This document shows positions 18,186 through 28,087 of a DNA stretch of 64,000 nucleotides, piece by piece. Source of the DNA: Bacteroidales bacterium (GTDB taxonomy: Bacteria; Bacteroidota; Bacteroidia; Bacteroidales; PUMT01); the NCBI GenBank assembly GCA_007125955.1, contig SLCF01000031.1, forward strand, positions 31,637 to 95,636. Reading direction: 5' to 3'. The stretch's first letter is position 1, and each line of letters opens with the position of its first letter. A program made the position numbers and the translations under genes. Under the pieces are notes generated by a model. It did no database searches. It saw only the letters and a program-made list of their open reading frames with translations, and was not told where the DNA came from.

Positions 18186-19262
18186 CTATTTATAGGTTTT
18201 GCTCTCTACTTTCCCGGTTAACACCATATAACCGTTCATTGCAAGTGACTTCATCTCATCTTCACCCGGATAAACAACTACGGGTGCAATGAAAGAAACC
18301 ATATCCCTTACATATTTTACAAGCATATCATTGTATGCTATTCCGCCGGTCAGAATAATAGCGTCAACCTTGCCTTTAAGCACGGCTGACATTGAGCCGA
18401 TCTCTTTTGAAACCTGGTATGACAATGCATCCTGGATGAGCGCTGCTTTTTCATCACCTTCTTTTGCACTTATTTCAACGTCATGTGCATTATTGGTATC
18501 AAGATAAGCCATGTAACCACCCTTTCCTGTTATCATTCTTTTTACCTCTTCCATTGTATAATCCCCACTGAAACAAGTGCTTACAAGAGCGCCGACAGGA
18601 AGTGTCCCCGACCTTTCAGGAGAAAAAGGCCCTTCCCCGTCAAGTGCATTGTTAACATCGATAACCCTGCCCCTGTTATGGGCGCCGACGGATATGCCCC
18701 CGCCCAGATGAACTACAATAAGGCTTAACTCTTCATATTCTCTGTTTGTTGTTTCTGAATAGGCACGTGCAACCGCTTTCTGGTTGAGGGCGTGAAATAT
18801 GCTCATCCTCTTGAATTTCGGATGGCCGCTTATCCTTGCCACTTCCTGCATCTCATCCACAACTACCGGGTCGGCTATAAAAGCCCTTGCACCATCCGTT
18901 CTGGAAGCAATTTCATAAGCAATCAATCCTCCCAGATTGCTCGCATGCTGACCGAGAAACCCTATTCTGAGATCCTCCATCATTTTCTGATTGACCTCGT
19001 ATACCCCTGATTCAATTGGTTTGACCAGTCCGCCTCTTCCGACTACAGCTGAAATATCATTTATGTCTGTACTGGCATTTTCAAGCTCTTTGAGGATAAT
19101 TTCCATCCTGAATTCATACTGATCGGATATATTTTTAAAAGGCTTGAGGTCTTCTGCGGAATGCTTTATATTCTTGAGAAAAACCGACTTGTTATTATTG
19201 TATAAGGCAATCTTAGTAGATGTGGAACCTGGATTGACAGCCAGAATTAACAGATCTTCCAT
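18186..19262 (-). CDS. buk: Butyrate kinase
   Basis: NPGSTSTK, GRGG, HASNLG, FHALNQKA, HLGGGISVG, PERSG, PGEDE. Confidence 0.95.
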   Translation of the reverse strand: MEDLLILAVNPGSTSTKIALYNNNKSVFLKNIKHSAEDLKPFKNISDQYEFRMEIILKELENASTDINDISAVVGRGGLVKPIESGVYEVNQKMMEDLRIGFLGQHASNLGGLIAYEIASRTDGARAFIADPVVVDEMQEVARISGHPKFKRMSIFHALNQKAVARAYSETTNREYEELSLIVVHLGGGISVGAHNRGRVIDVNNALDGEGPFSPERSGTLPVGALVSTCFSGDYTMEEVKRMITGKGGYMAYLDTNNAHDVEISAKEGDEKAALIQDALSYQVSKEIGSMSAVLKGKVDAIILTGGIAYNDMLVKYVRDMVSFIAPVVVYPGEDEMKSLAMNGYMVLTGKVESKTYK

Positions 19263-19427
19263 TGTAAAAAATTTGCTTTATGAATTTTAAAATTTTCTTT
19301 CTCTATTAAGATAAAAAACGATCGTTAACGCTTATAAGTATTCATTAAAACATTGGTCTTATTTATACTGCCGTAACAATATCTCATTCTGTTCTGCGAA
19401 GATATTGAAAATATCTTCCTGAACGAT

Positions 19428-20330
19428 TTATGCTGTTATCGCTGCAAGTGCAATTGAGTAAAGCTTGGTTTTTGATGTGTCTCCTCTTGAAGATAAAACC
19501 ACCGGAACCTTTGCTCCTACAACTATGGCTCCCTGTTCACCTGCTGCCAGCTTTGAATTAGTCTTGTAAAAAATATTACCCGATTCGATATTCGGAAACA
19601 AAAGGCAGTCAGCATCCCCTGCCACCTCACTTTTAATACCTTTGATATCAGCAGAAACCTTATCAACGGCAAGATCAAGCGCCAGCGGGCCCTCTACAAA
19701 TGCATTACCAAACCTTCCCCTCTCAGCCATTTTTGAAATGACAGCCGCATCTGTGCTGGCAGGCATATTGGGTGAAGGCTGCTCTGTTGCCGCTATCAGG
19801 GCTACCTTTGGCTTTTCTAAACCAATTGCCTTTGCGGTGTTTATAAGATGACATGTTTGTGCAATTTTCTGTTTCAGGTCGGGTAGAGGTATAATTGCCG
19901 CATCCGAGATTATCATCAATTTGTGATATACCGGGTTTTCTACAACAGCAACGTGACTAAGTATTTCGTTTGGCACCATCAGTCCGCTCTCCTTGTTGAG
20001 AATCGCTTTCATATATTTCTCCGTTCCAAGATTGCCCTTCATAATCATGTTGCCTTTCCCTTCATTGATGAGTGAAACAGACCTTTCAGCAGCTTCACTG
20101 TCCGATGATACCTGGTCAATGACAAACTTACCTGCATCTATATTAAGTTCTTCACACCTCTTCATTATAGTCTGCCGGTCACCAACCAGAGTTGCATAGA
20201 CAAGACCCAGATCAACCGCTTCATTTACTGCCTCTATAGTGTGGGCATCAACCGCCCAGGCAACAATAAGCCTCTTTTTTTCCTTATCCTTCAGAATACC
20301 AAATAGTTGTTCAAGTTTTTCAATAAGCAT
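19428..20330 (-). CDS. ptb: Phosphate butyryltransferase / phosphate acyltransferase
   Basis: MKG, SDAAI..P, EGPLALDLA, PNIESGN, SRGD; directly upstream of buk. Confidence 0.9.
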   Translation of the reverse strand: MLIEKLEQLFGILKDKEKKRLIVAWAVDAHTIEAVNEAVDLGLVYATLVGDRQTIMKRCEELNIDAGKFVIDQVSSDSEAAERSVSLINEGKGNMIMKGNLGTEKYMKAILNKESGLMVPNEILSHVAVVENPVYHKLMIISDAAIIPLPDLKQKIAQTCHLINTAKAIGLEKPKVALIAATEQPSPNMPASTDAAVISKMAERGRFGNAFVEGPLALDLAVDKVSADIKGIKSEVAGDADCLLFPNIESGNIFYKTNSKLAAGEQGAIVVGAKVPVVLSSRGDTSKTKLYSIALAAITA

Positions 20331-20394
20331 GCCCGTGTAAACTTTTAATTAAACAATTATACTGAATTATTTTGTTCGTTTCTCCTCTTAATGC

Positions 20395-20444
20395 AGTGAT
20401 AAAAAAAAATTACCAAAAGCTTACCTTTGGTAATTTTCTATCAC
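20395..20444 (-). terminator. Terminator after ackA
   Basis: 12-bp stem AAAATTACCAAA/TTTGGTAATTTT (20406-20437) with a T run on the minus strand. Confidence 0.7.
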
Positions 20445-20510
20445 GGGCTTCAAAAAGGCTGCCCGGTTAATAGTGCTATGTATAATTCCCAGTAGAGCAA
20501 AATCCTGATT

Positions 20511-21713
20511 TTACATTTTTGAAATGATCCTCTGTGTATCTTCGGCAATAACAAGCTCCTCATTTGTGGGAACAACCATTATTGTACCCTTTGAGTTATC
20601 CTTGCTTATTATTGCAGTTTCCCCCCGGAGGCCCTTGTTTATATCTTCATCCAGCTCCAGATTGAGGAATCCGAGATTTTCACATATCCCCCTTCTTGTA
20701 TTGCAGGCATTTTCTCCTATACCACCTGTGAATATAAGCAGATCGATTCCTCCCATTGCAGCGGAGTAGGCGCCTATATACTTTTTAACACGGTAATCAT
20801 ACATTTTCAGTCCCATTATTGCCCTTTTATTTTCTTTTTCTGCCTCAATCTCAATTTCCCGCATATCTGAAGATATACCGGTAACTCCGAGCATACCTGA
20901 CTGTTTGTTGATCAGGTTATTCACCGAGCCCAGATCGATCTTTTCCTTAGCCATTAAAAAGGTAAGAACACCCAGGTCAAGATCACCGGTACGGGTACCC
21001 ATTATCAAACCTTCCACAGGAGTAAACCCCATTGAAGTATCAACCGATTTGCCCCGGTCAATTGCTGCAAGTGAAGCACCGTTGCCAAGGTGACACGTAA
21101 TTATTTTCATCCCTTCAATATCCTTGCCAAGGAACTCACACGCCTTTTTTGCAACGAATTTGTGACTTGTCCCGTGAAAACCGTATCTGCGTACTGCGTA
21201 TTTTGTATAAAGCGAATAAGGAATGCCGTACATGTAGGCATAATCCGGCATAGTCTGGTGAAATGACGTGTCAAATACAGCCACCTGCCTTACACCGGGC
21301 AGAAGTGTACGCATTGCATTTATGCCTTTCAGGTTTGCAGGGTTGTGCAGCGGCGCCAGTTCACAACACTTCTCTATCTCACTGTAAGCGTAATCATCTA
21401 TGTAAGTGCTGTCACTGAACTTCTCTCCTCCGTGAGCCACCCTGTGACCAACAGCTTCTATTTCAGACAGGTTTTCAATGCATCCGTGTTTTTTGCTTGT
21501 AAGCACCCCCAGAACAAACTCTATGCCTATCTGGTGGTCTACTATTTCACCGTCAAACTGTACTTTTTCTCCCCCGGGTTTTTCCAGCTTCAGGAATGAT
21601 CCTTTAAGTCCTATCTTCTCAACAATCCCCTTCGCCAGCACATCCTTGGTTACCATGTTGAAAAGCTGATATTTAATTGATGAGCTTCCGCAGTTCAGAA
21701 CCAATATTTTCAT
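20511..21713 (-). CDS. ackA: Acetate kinase
   Basis: NCGSSS, GHRVAHGG, APLHNP, FDTSFH, YGFHGTSH, HLGNGAS, GGIGEN, PTNEE. Confidence 0.97.
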   Translation of the reverse strand: MKILVLNCGSSSIKYQLFNMVTKDVLAKGIVEKIGLKGSFLKLEKPGGEKVQFDGEIVDHQIGIEFVLGVLTSKKHGCIENLSEIEAVGHRVAHGGEKFSDSTYIDDYAYSEIEKCCELAPLHNPANLKGINAMRTLLPGVRQVAVFDTSFHQTMPDYAYMYGIPYSLYTKYAVRRYGFHGTSHKFVAKKACEFLGKDIEGMKIITCHLGNGASLAAIDRGKSVDTSMGFTPVEGLIMGTRTGDLDLGVLTFLMAKEKIDLGSVNNLINKQSGMLGVTGISSDMREIEIEAEKENKRAIMGLKMYDYRVKKYIGAYSAAMGGIDLLIFTGGIGENACNTRRGICENLGFLNLELDEDINKGLRGETAIISKDNSKGTIMVVPTNEELVIAEDTQRIISKM

Positions 21714-21748
21714 TGTATTGTATATTTTTTATCCTTGTTTTAAATCGT

Positions 21749-22720
21749 TTATTTGCAACCTTTAACCTTTTCTTCAATCTTTTTGCCATCCTTGTCGTAT
21801 TCATAAAAACCCCTGGAGGTTTTCATGCCCAGATGGTTTGCCCGCATGTACCTTTTTATTAGAGGATTGGGTTTGTAACGAACGTCTCCAAACTCTTTGT
21901 AAAGGCTCTCCATCCATTGCACTACTTTGTCAAGCCCGATCTTGTCAGCCATTTCAAAAGGTCCGTAATGTGTCCCGATACTTCTTTTGAGAACAGTATC
22001 CACATCCTCTTTTGAAGTAAGGTTTTCCATTACAACCTGGCACGCCTCATTGATTATTACAACGAAAAGCCTTACGCTCACCAGTCCGGGTGATTCGGTA
22101 ACCGTTATAACTTTTTTGTCGAGCATTTCTGCAAAAAGCAGGATTTTTTCATAAACCTCGTCAGAAGTATTAGGCCCGCGTGCCACTTCCAGTATCTTTG
22201 AATCGGGAGTAGTTGTGGAAAAATGTACTGTCAGGCACCTCCCTTTATGCTGAATATCCTCTGAAAGGTCTGTTATCGGAAGTGTTGCAGAATTGGTGAC
22301 AATAATTGTTTCCGGACCGACATGCTTTTCTATCTCACTAAACACTTCTTTTCTTGCTGTAATATTGTCTTTCTGATTTTTAGAAAGGATAGCATCGATC
22401 ACAAGGTCGCAATCCTTAAGGTCTTTATAGGAAACACTGCCTTTTATCCTTGAAAGTATACCCCTCTTCTCCCCTGCGGTCATTTTCCACTGTTCTATCA
22501 ACTGGTCAAGCTCCCTGCCCAACTCATCATATGCTTTTTTTACCAGGTGTTCGCTTTTTTCTACAAACACAACCTCAATGCCGCGGCGACTTATAATTCT
22601 TGCAATTGCCCTGCCTACAGTGCCACATCCTGCAAGACCAATTTTTGAGAACATTGATTTGGGTCTGTTATCCTTTGATAAACCATACTGTTCAATTGAT
22701 TCCTTTAATATATCTGCCAT
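21749..22720 (-). CDS. 3-hydroxyacyl-CoA dehydrogenase family protein with degenerate active site
   Basis: Rossmann GCGTVG and C-terminal GPFEMADKIGLD are present; the HFFNP motif reads HFSTT. Confidence 0.8.
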   Translation of the reverse strand: MADILKESIEQYGLSKDNRPKSMFSKIGLAGCGTVGRAIARIISRRGIEVVFVEKSEHLVKKAYDELGRELDQLIEQWKMTAGEKRGILSRIKGSVSYKDLKDCDLVIDAILSKNQKDNITARKEVFSEIEKHVGPETIIVTNSATLPITDLSEDIQHKGRCLTVHFSTTTPDSKILEVARGPNTSDEVYEKILLFAEMLDKKVITVTESPGLVSVRLFVVIINEACQVVMENLTSKEDVDTVLKRSIGTHYGPFEMADKIGLDKVVQWMESLYKEFGDVRYKPNPLIKRYMRANHLGMKTSRGFYEYDKDGKKIEEKVKGCK

Positions 22721-22754
22721 TGATTCGATTTATTTTTTTGATTTATATAAGATC

Positions 22755-23756
22755 TTAACTGTTTGCTGCCTGGTTCGCAGTGATGGCTGCCAGGTTTACT
22801 ATATCACTTACCGAACAGCCCCTGGAAAGATCGTTTATGGGAGCTGCCATTCCCTGCAGGACAGGTCCTATCGCTTCTGCACCTGCAAGTCTTTGTACAA
22901 GTTTGTATGCAATATTGCCCGACTCAAGACTTGGGAATATCAGCACATTTGCTTTCCCGGCAATTTCACTTCCGGGTGCTTTGCTGTTGCCCACCTTCTC
23001 CACAATGGCGGCATCAGCCTGAAGCTCTCCGTCAATCTTAAGATCCGGAGCCATCTCTTTTGCAATGCGTGTTGCATTAATCACTTTGTCAACCATCTCG
23101 TGTTTTGCACTTCCTTTGGTAGAAAAACTCAGCATGGCCACCCTGGGTTCAAATCCTGCAATAGCCTTTGCGGTACGGGCGGTAGCAACAGCTATTTCAG
23201 CCAACTCCTTTTCGTTGGGATCAGGATGAACCGCACAATCGGCAAATACAAGCATGCCGTCTTCACCATACCCGCCATTCTTGAGTATCATTATGAAAGC
23301 TCCTGAAACAACAGTGATGCCGGGCATAGTCTTTACATATTGAAATGCAGGCCTTAACACATCACCGGTTGCATTCATAGCACCTGCAACTTCACCGTCA
23401 GCATCACCCGCCTTTATCATAAGCGTTGAAAGATAAAGAGGGTTCTCTATCAGTTTTCCTGCTTCTTCACGTGTGAGACCTTTCTTTTTGCGTATCTCAA
23501 CCATCATATCTATATACTTCTCCTTGTTTGGATGATCTGCAGGATTTACAATTTCTGCTGCTGATATATTTGACAAACCAAGTTTTTTTGCCTCCTCTTC
23601 TATTTCCGGACGGTTTCCGATGAGTATTATTTTGGCTATCTTCTCACCAAGTAATACGTCGGCTGCTTTCAAAGTACGCTCCTCAAATGATTCCGGCAAC
23701 ACAATCCGTTTGGAATGCTGTTTGGCACTTATTTTGATTTTTTCCAGTAAATCCAT
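22755..23756 (-). CDS. pta: Phosphate acetyltransferase
   Basis: IVLPES, FADCAV.PDP, MLSFSTKGS, DGELQADAA, GNIAYKL, DLSRGC. Confidence 0.97.
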   Translation of the reverse strand: MDLLEKIKISAKQHSKRIVLPESFEERTLKAADVLLGEKIAKIILIGNRPEIEEEAKKLGLSNISAAEIVNPADHPNKEKYIDMMVEIRKKKGLTREEAGKLIENPLYLSTLMIKAGDADGEVAGAMNATGDVLRPAFQYVKTMPGITVVSGAFIMILKNGGYGEDGMLVFADCAVHPDPNEKELAEIAVATARTAKAIAGFEPRVAMLSFSTKGSAKHEMVDKVINATRIAKEMAPDLKIDGELQADAAIVEKVGNSKAPGSEIAGKANVLIFPSLESGNIAYKLVQRLAGAEAIGPVLQGMAAPINDLSRGCSVSDIVNLAAITANQAANS

Positions 23757-23885
23757 ATCTGTAAGGCATTTAAGAATTTAAAAAATATTATTTTAGGGTA
23801 ACGTAAAATTGCTGTTTTTAATGAAAAATAGTTATGATATATATCATTATTTTTCACTGGCTCTATTGTTGTACACCCAAAATAT

Positions 23886-24656
23886 CTAACCTGTGTCAAT
23901 TCTTAATCCGTCCCATGCCAGGCTGATGCCTTCGGGAAGTTCCCGCGAAACCTCCGAATGGAGACCCATTTGATGGCTTATGTGGGTAATATAACCCGAC
24001 TCCGGGTTCATCTCTTTAATCAGCTGAACCGCTTCTGACAGGGTAAAATGAGATATATGGGTCTCTTTTCGAAGCGCATTTACTACAATTAACCTTGAAC
24101 CGTGTATCTTCTCCTTTTCTTCCCCGGGAATATAATTTGCATCGGTAATATAGGTAAAATCACCTATCCTGAACCCGAAAACAGGAAGGTTGTAATGAAA
24201 AGCCCTTATAGGGGTTATCACCATTCCGTTTACCATGAATCTCCTGTTCTCAATAATATTAATGTTTATTCGCGGGACTCCCGGGTATTTATTTTCTTCT
24301 TCTTCAAAAACATAGGCGAATTCCCTTTCAATGGCAGACCTGACCTTCTTCTCCATAAAAACGTCAATCGGTTTGCTCATAACGAAATTGAATGCCCGTA
24401 CATCGTCGAGCCCTGCAATATGATCCTTGTGCTCGTGGGTAAACAATATGGCGTCAAGCTTGCCGACATTTTCGCGAAGCATTTGCTGACGGAAATCGGG
24501 GCCAGAATCTATTGCAAATGTGAGACCTTCAATTTCCACCAGGACTGATGTCCGCAGTCTTTTATCCTTAGAGTCAGAAGATTTGCAAACCCTGCATTTG
24601 CATGCTATTACAGGTACTCCCTGTGATGTGCCTGTGCCCAGAAATGTAACTTTCAA
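23886..24656 (-). CDS. MBL-fold metallohydrolase (PhnP/YycJ-like)
   Basis: LGTGTSQGVP..C.C..C, THEHKDHI, HISH; TTG start. Confidence 0.85.
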   Translation of the reverse strand: MKVTFLGTGTSQGVPVIACKCRVCKSSDSKDKRLRTSVLVEIEGLTFAIDSGPDFRQQMLRENVGKLDAILFTHEHKDHIAGLDDVRAFNFVMSKPIDVFMEKKVRSAIEREFAYVFEEEENKYPGVPRININIIENRRFMVNGMVITPIRAFHYNLPVFGFRIGDFTYITDANYIPGEEKEKIHGSRLIVVNALRKETHISHFTLSEAVQLIKEMNPESGYITHISHQMGLHSEVSRELPEGISLAWDGLRIDTG

Positions 24657-24671
24657 AACAATTTTTTAATT

Positions 24672-24679
24672 CAAATGTA
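24672..24679 (-). promoter_or_regulatory. -7 element (TACATTTG) for the MBL hydrolase gene
   Basis: Exact TAnnTTTG 16 nt upstream of the start. Confidence 0.5.
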
Positions 24680-24837
24680 CATGAATTTCCCATCTAAAAA
24701 AACTTCCAAAATGCTCTTCTATATAAATGGAAATCGACGAAGTCAATCTTTTATCCTAAAATACACACAGAATGATGTAAAAAAACAGACAATCGGATAT
24801 TAAATTTTATTTACTTTTACTGATTAATTCCAAAGGT

Positions 24838-25578
24838 ATGCGCGGTAAATTATATCTTATTCCAACACTCCTGGGCGAATCTGAACCTCAAATGGTGCTC
24901 CCGGGCAAAGTGTTCAATGTACTTCCGGGAATATCCCACTTCATTGTTGAAAACCTCAGGACTGCACGGCGTTTTCTTGTAAAAACAGGGGTTGCAAAAC
25001 CGGTTGACCAACTAAGCTTTTCAATGCTCAATAAACATACACCCCGCAATGAAACTGAAAACCTTATCTCGCCCGCAATGAAAGGACATGACATGGGATT
25101 GCTGTCGGAAGCGGGAATTCCTTGTGTAGCAGACCCGGGCGCCGAAATTGTAATGGCTGCCCACCGTAAAGGCATAACTGTTTCACCACTTACAGGTCCG
25201 TCTTCAATAACACTGGCACTGATGTCTTCCGGGCTTAACGGACAGGAGTTTGCTTTCAACGGATACCTGCCTGTAAAAAAAAGCGAAAGGAAGAAGGCGA
25301 TTAAAGTCCTTGAAAAAAGATTTGAAAGTATGGGGCAAACGCAGATCTTTATGGAGACACCCTACAGGAACCTGCAGCTGATGACCGACCTGTTAAGTAC
25401 CTGCAAGGATGACACCTATTTGTGCGTGGCTTGTGACCTCACACTTCCGTCTGAATTTATTGCAACAAAAACCATAAAACTTTGGAAAAAGGAGATTCCC
25501 TCCCTGAACAAAAGACCGGCCATCTTTATTATCGGCACCGCTTACAGTGCTGCAAAAGGTAAAAGCACTTCCATCTGA
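24838..25578 (+). CDS. SAM-dependent methyltransferase, tetrapyrrole-methylase/RsmI-like family
   Basis: LLSEAGIPCVADPG, GPSSI.LALM.SGL, F.GYLP, IFMETPYRN. Confidence 0.8.
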   Translation: MRGKLYLIPTLLGESEPQMVLPGKVFNVLPGISHFIVENLRTARRFLVKTGVAKPVDQLSFSMLNKHTPRNETENLISPAMKGHDMGLLSEAGIPCVADPGAEIVMAAHRKGITVSPLTGPSSITLALMSSGLNGQEFAFNGYLPVKKSERKKAIKVLEKRFESMGQTQIFMETPYRNLQLMTDLLSTCKDDTYLCVACDLTLPSEFIATKTIKLWKKEIPSLNKRPAIFIIGTAYSAAKGKSTSI

Positions 25579-25640
25579 AATGAAAGTGCTTTTTGTATGC
25601 CAACCCATATTATAAGGTTATTAAAATATCACACATCATC

Positions 25641-26570
25641 TTAATACAACTCCAGGAGCTCAACCTCATAAATTATAGTCATCCAGGGAGGTATTCTCCC
25701 GTCGGCAGTTCCATCCGGACCGTAACCTCTCCATGAGGGCACTATCAATTTGGCTTTTCCGCCCGGTTTCATCATCTTGATCCCCGCCTCAAATCCCGGG
25801 GTTGCTGCATGTTCTCCGAGAACAAACTCAAAGGGCTGCGTATCTTTAGTGGTATTGTACATCCTGCCGTCAATAAACCAGCCTGTGTAATGTACAAGAA
25901 CATTCATATGTATGTCGGGATGATCACCGGTCCCTTCCTCAATTTCAATGTAGTAGATATCAAAATCTGTCGGATCTTCCACAATATTATTATCTTCAAC
26001 ATATTGCGTTATAAGCTGTCTTTCATGTCTTTCCGGGTCATCAATAACCGTATGCAGCTTAATATCAAATATAAGGGTAGAGTATTTGGGGATTTCCCCA
26101 ACCGAGCTGGATCCGTATGCAAGATGGGAAGGAATGATCAGGCGCGCCCTTCCGCCTTCCTTCATCATAAGCAACCCCTCTTTGACACCTTCAAGCGGGG
26201 TATTGTCTATTCTGAACTTGTAGGGTCCGTAAACTATATCAGGATTATAAAGATCATTATCCTTTGCCTCCTGCTCATATGTGGTTTCAACAATCTTTCC
26301 GGTTATAAGCCTTACCCTGTATTCAATTATAAGGTAATTACCCATGGCAGGAGAAACCCCGTCACCTTCCTCCATTTCTATGTAATATAGCCCGCTTTCA
26401 GTAGGCTCCTCATCAATATTGTTGTCTATCAGGTACTGTTCCAGCAGGCGCTGTTCCCTGTCTATGTATTTTTGATCATCACTATCGGTGCATGAAACAG
26501 CTCCGAACAGAAATACCGTTACCAATAATACAGCCGCAAAAAAAATTCCGGGTTTCATCACTTCTCTCAT
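25641..26570 (-). CDS. Two-domain FKBP-type PPIase lipoprotein
   Basis: Lipobox AVSC; two FKBP domains, each preceded by T.SG/D..Y....EG.G. Confidence 0.85.
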   Translation of the reverse strand: MREVMKPGIFFAAVLLVTVFLFGAVSCTDSDDQKYIDREQRLLEQYLIDNNIDEEPTESGLYYIEMEEGDGVSPAMGNYLIIEYRVRLITGKIVETTYEQEAKDNDLYNPDIVYGPYKFRIDNTPLEGVKEGLLMMKEGGRARLIIPSHLAYGSSSVGEIPKYSTLIFDIKLHTVIDDPERHERQLITQYVEDNNIVEDPTDFDIYYIEIEEGTGDHPDIHMNVLVHYTGWFIDGRMYNTTKDTQPFEFVLGEHAATPGFEAGIKMMKPGGKAKLIVPSWRGYGPDGTADGRIPPWMTIIYEVELLELY

Positions 26571-26609
26571 TTGTTAATTAATTTATAATCAATTGATAAA
26601 CTTTCAGGT

Positions 26610-27518
26610 TTATTTTACGCTCAATATTTCAATCTCAAAAAATAACGGAGTTGAGGGGGGAATTATTCCTGTAGAAGAACCTTTTTCTCCAAAGGCCAGT
26701 GCAGGGGGCAAATATACAAGTGCCTTCCCTCCCTCACTCATCAATCCCGCAACCACTTCCAGACCTCTTATAAGTTGCCCCTCATGTCCGTATACATATT
26801 CAAACGGCTCATTTCTCATCCTGGTTGAATCAAATATCGTGCCGTCAATGAACTTTCCTTCATAATGAATTGTTACAGTATCGCCGGCACTTATCCTTTT
26901 CCCCTCTCCTTCCTGCAAGCGGTAATAAAGTATGCCGCTGCTTCCGGATCCGGGATGAAGATCACCTTCTTCAAGCAACTTTTCAAAATCCGTATCCCCT
27001 TTCTTTGAGCCCCGCAAATGATCCTTAAATATATCCAGTTCCTGCATGTATTCTTCCTCACTCATAATATCGATCATATCAACAGCAATGATCATTTTAT
27101 CATCGCTGTCTATAAAACCCGGTAATGCGGCTTCAATAGTGCGATTGAAAAAATCATTTGCAGGTACTATAAATTCTGCACTGTCACCTTTTGACATCAT
27201 CATAAAACACTCTTCCACGGAACCTTTAAATGCCGGTTCGGAAAGTCTGAATCTTCTCAAAGCACTGAAAAAAACAGAGTCATCAATTGTCCTGTATTCA
27301 AGTGCAACAGTAATGTAATCTCCCGCAGAGGGCTTTACAGTATTTTCGCCTATCCTGCATAGCTTATAGTAATATCCTGTTCCTGAAGATGTAAACCCGG
27401 TGTATGGCGATTTGTCAGCACAGTTATAAAACAATAAGAGTAACAGCGGCAAAAACAGGAGATGAACCCTGTTCCCCCTTTTTTTCTTTTTTTCTGTATT
27501 TATAATATATCCCGTCAT
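26610..27518 (-). CDS. FKBP-type PPIase lipoprotein (degenerate N-domain plus canonical C-domain)
   Basis: Lipobox-like FYNC; C-domain HYEGKFIDGTIFDS...AFG...IPP. Confidence 0.8.
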   Translation of the reverse strand: MTGYIINTEKKKKRGNRVHLLFLPLLLLLFYNCADKSPYTGFTSSGTGYYYKLCRIGENTVKPSAGDYITVALEYRTIDDSVFFSALRRFRLSEPAFKGSVEECFMMMSKGDSAEFIVPANDFFNRTIEAALPGFIDSDDKMIIAVDMIDIMSEEEYMQELDIFKDHLRGSKKGDTDFEKLLEEGDLHPGSGSSGILYYRLQEGEGKRISAGDTVTIHYEGKFIDGTIFDSTRMRNEPFEYVYGHEGQLIRGLEVVAGLMSEGGKALVYLPPALAFGEKGSSTGIIPPSTPLFFEIEILSVK

Positions 27519-27532
27519 TAAACGGCAACAGA

Positions 27533-28087
27533 TTAATTTACATTTATAACTTCCAGTTCATAAACAATAATCGCACGGGGCGGGATCCTGTTCTGGTCGC
27601 CGATAAGTCCATGCGCCAGGTAAGAGGGTATTACCAAACGGGCCTTATCACCCTGTCTGAGCAAAAGGATACCCTCTTCAAGTCCGGCTTCTGCCTCCCC
27701 CTGCCCCGGCCTGAATACCTTGTTCCCGTCACTTCCCGAACTGTAGCAAACGGTGCCGTCAAGCAGGCTTACAGTGTAAGCGATTTCAACCCTGCTGCCT
27801 GTTTTCACCCTTTCACCACTGCCTTTCTCATATATCTGATAACGAAGTCCGCTTCCTGTTTTTTCCACATCCCAGCCGCGTCTCCGGGAATAAGACTCAA
27901 TCAGGTCTGCTTCCCTTGCTGCCAGTTGCCTGTTTACATTCACAAGCTCCTCCCTGTTTATTGCAGCCGGACTTCTTTGTTCTTCCGGAGCCCTGCCCCG
28001 GGAGCATGAAAAAGCCACCGGCAAAAGAAAAACAGCAACGATCAATGCCCTGAATAGCTGACAGTTGTATTTATAAGGGATTTTCAT
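27533..28087 (-). CDS. Single-domain FKBP-type lipoprotein (GldI-like)
   Basis: Lipobox AFSC, helical N-region, TGSGLRY, IPP.A...YELE. Confidence 0.8.
   Translation of the reverse strand: MKIPYKYNCQLFRALIVAVFLLPVAFSCSRGRAPEEQRSPAAINREELVNVNRQLAAREADLIESYSRRRGWDVEKTGSGLRYQIYEKGSGERVKTGSRVEIAYTVSLLDGTVCYSSGSDGNKVFRPGQGEAEAGLEEGILLLRQGDKARLVIPSYLAHGLIGDQNRIPPRAIIVYELEVINVN

Noticed and set aside
19310-19335. Overlapping palindromes AACGATCGTT/CGTTAACG upstream of buk
   Set aside because: Short, and no second copy was seen; may be chance.
18186-22720. Complete butyrate synthesis operon
   Set aside because: No thiolase, crotonase or bcd/etf in the window, and the HBD homolog is degenerate.
22578-23306. 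242-aa plus-strand ORF as an overlapping gene
   Set aside because: Antisense shadow of pta and the HBD-like gene with no recognisable motifs.
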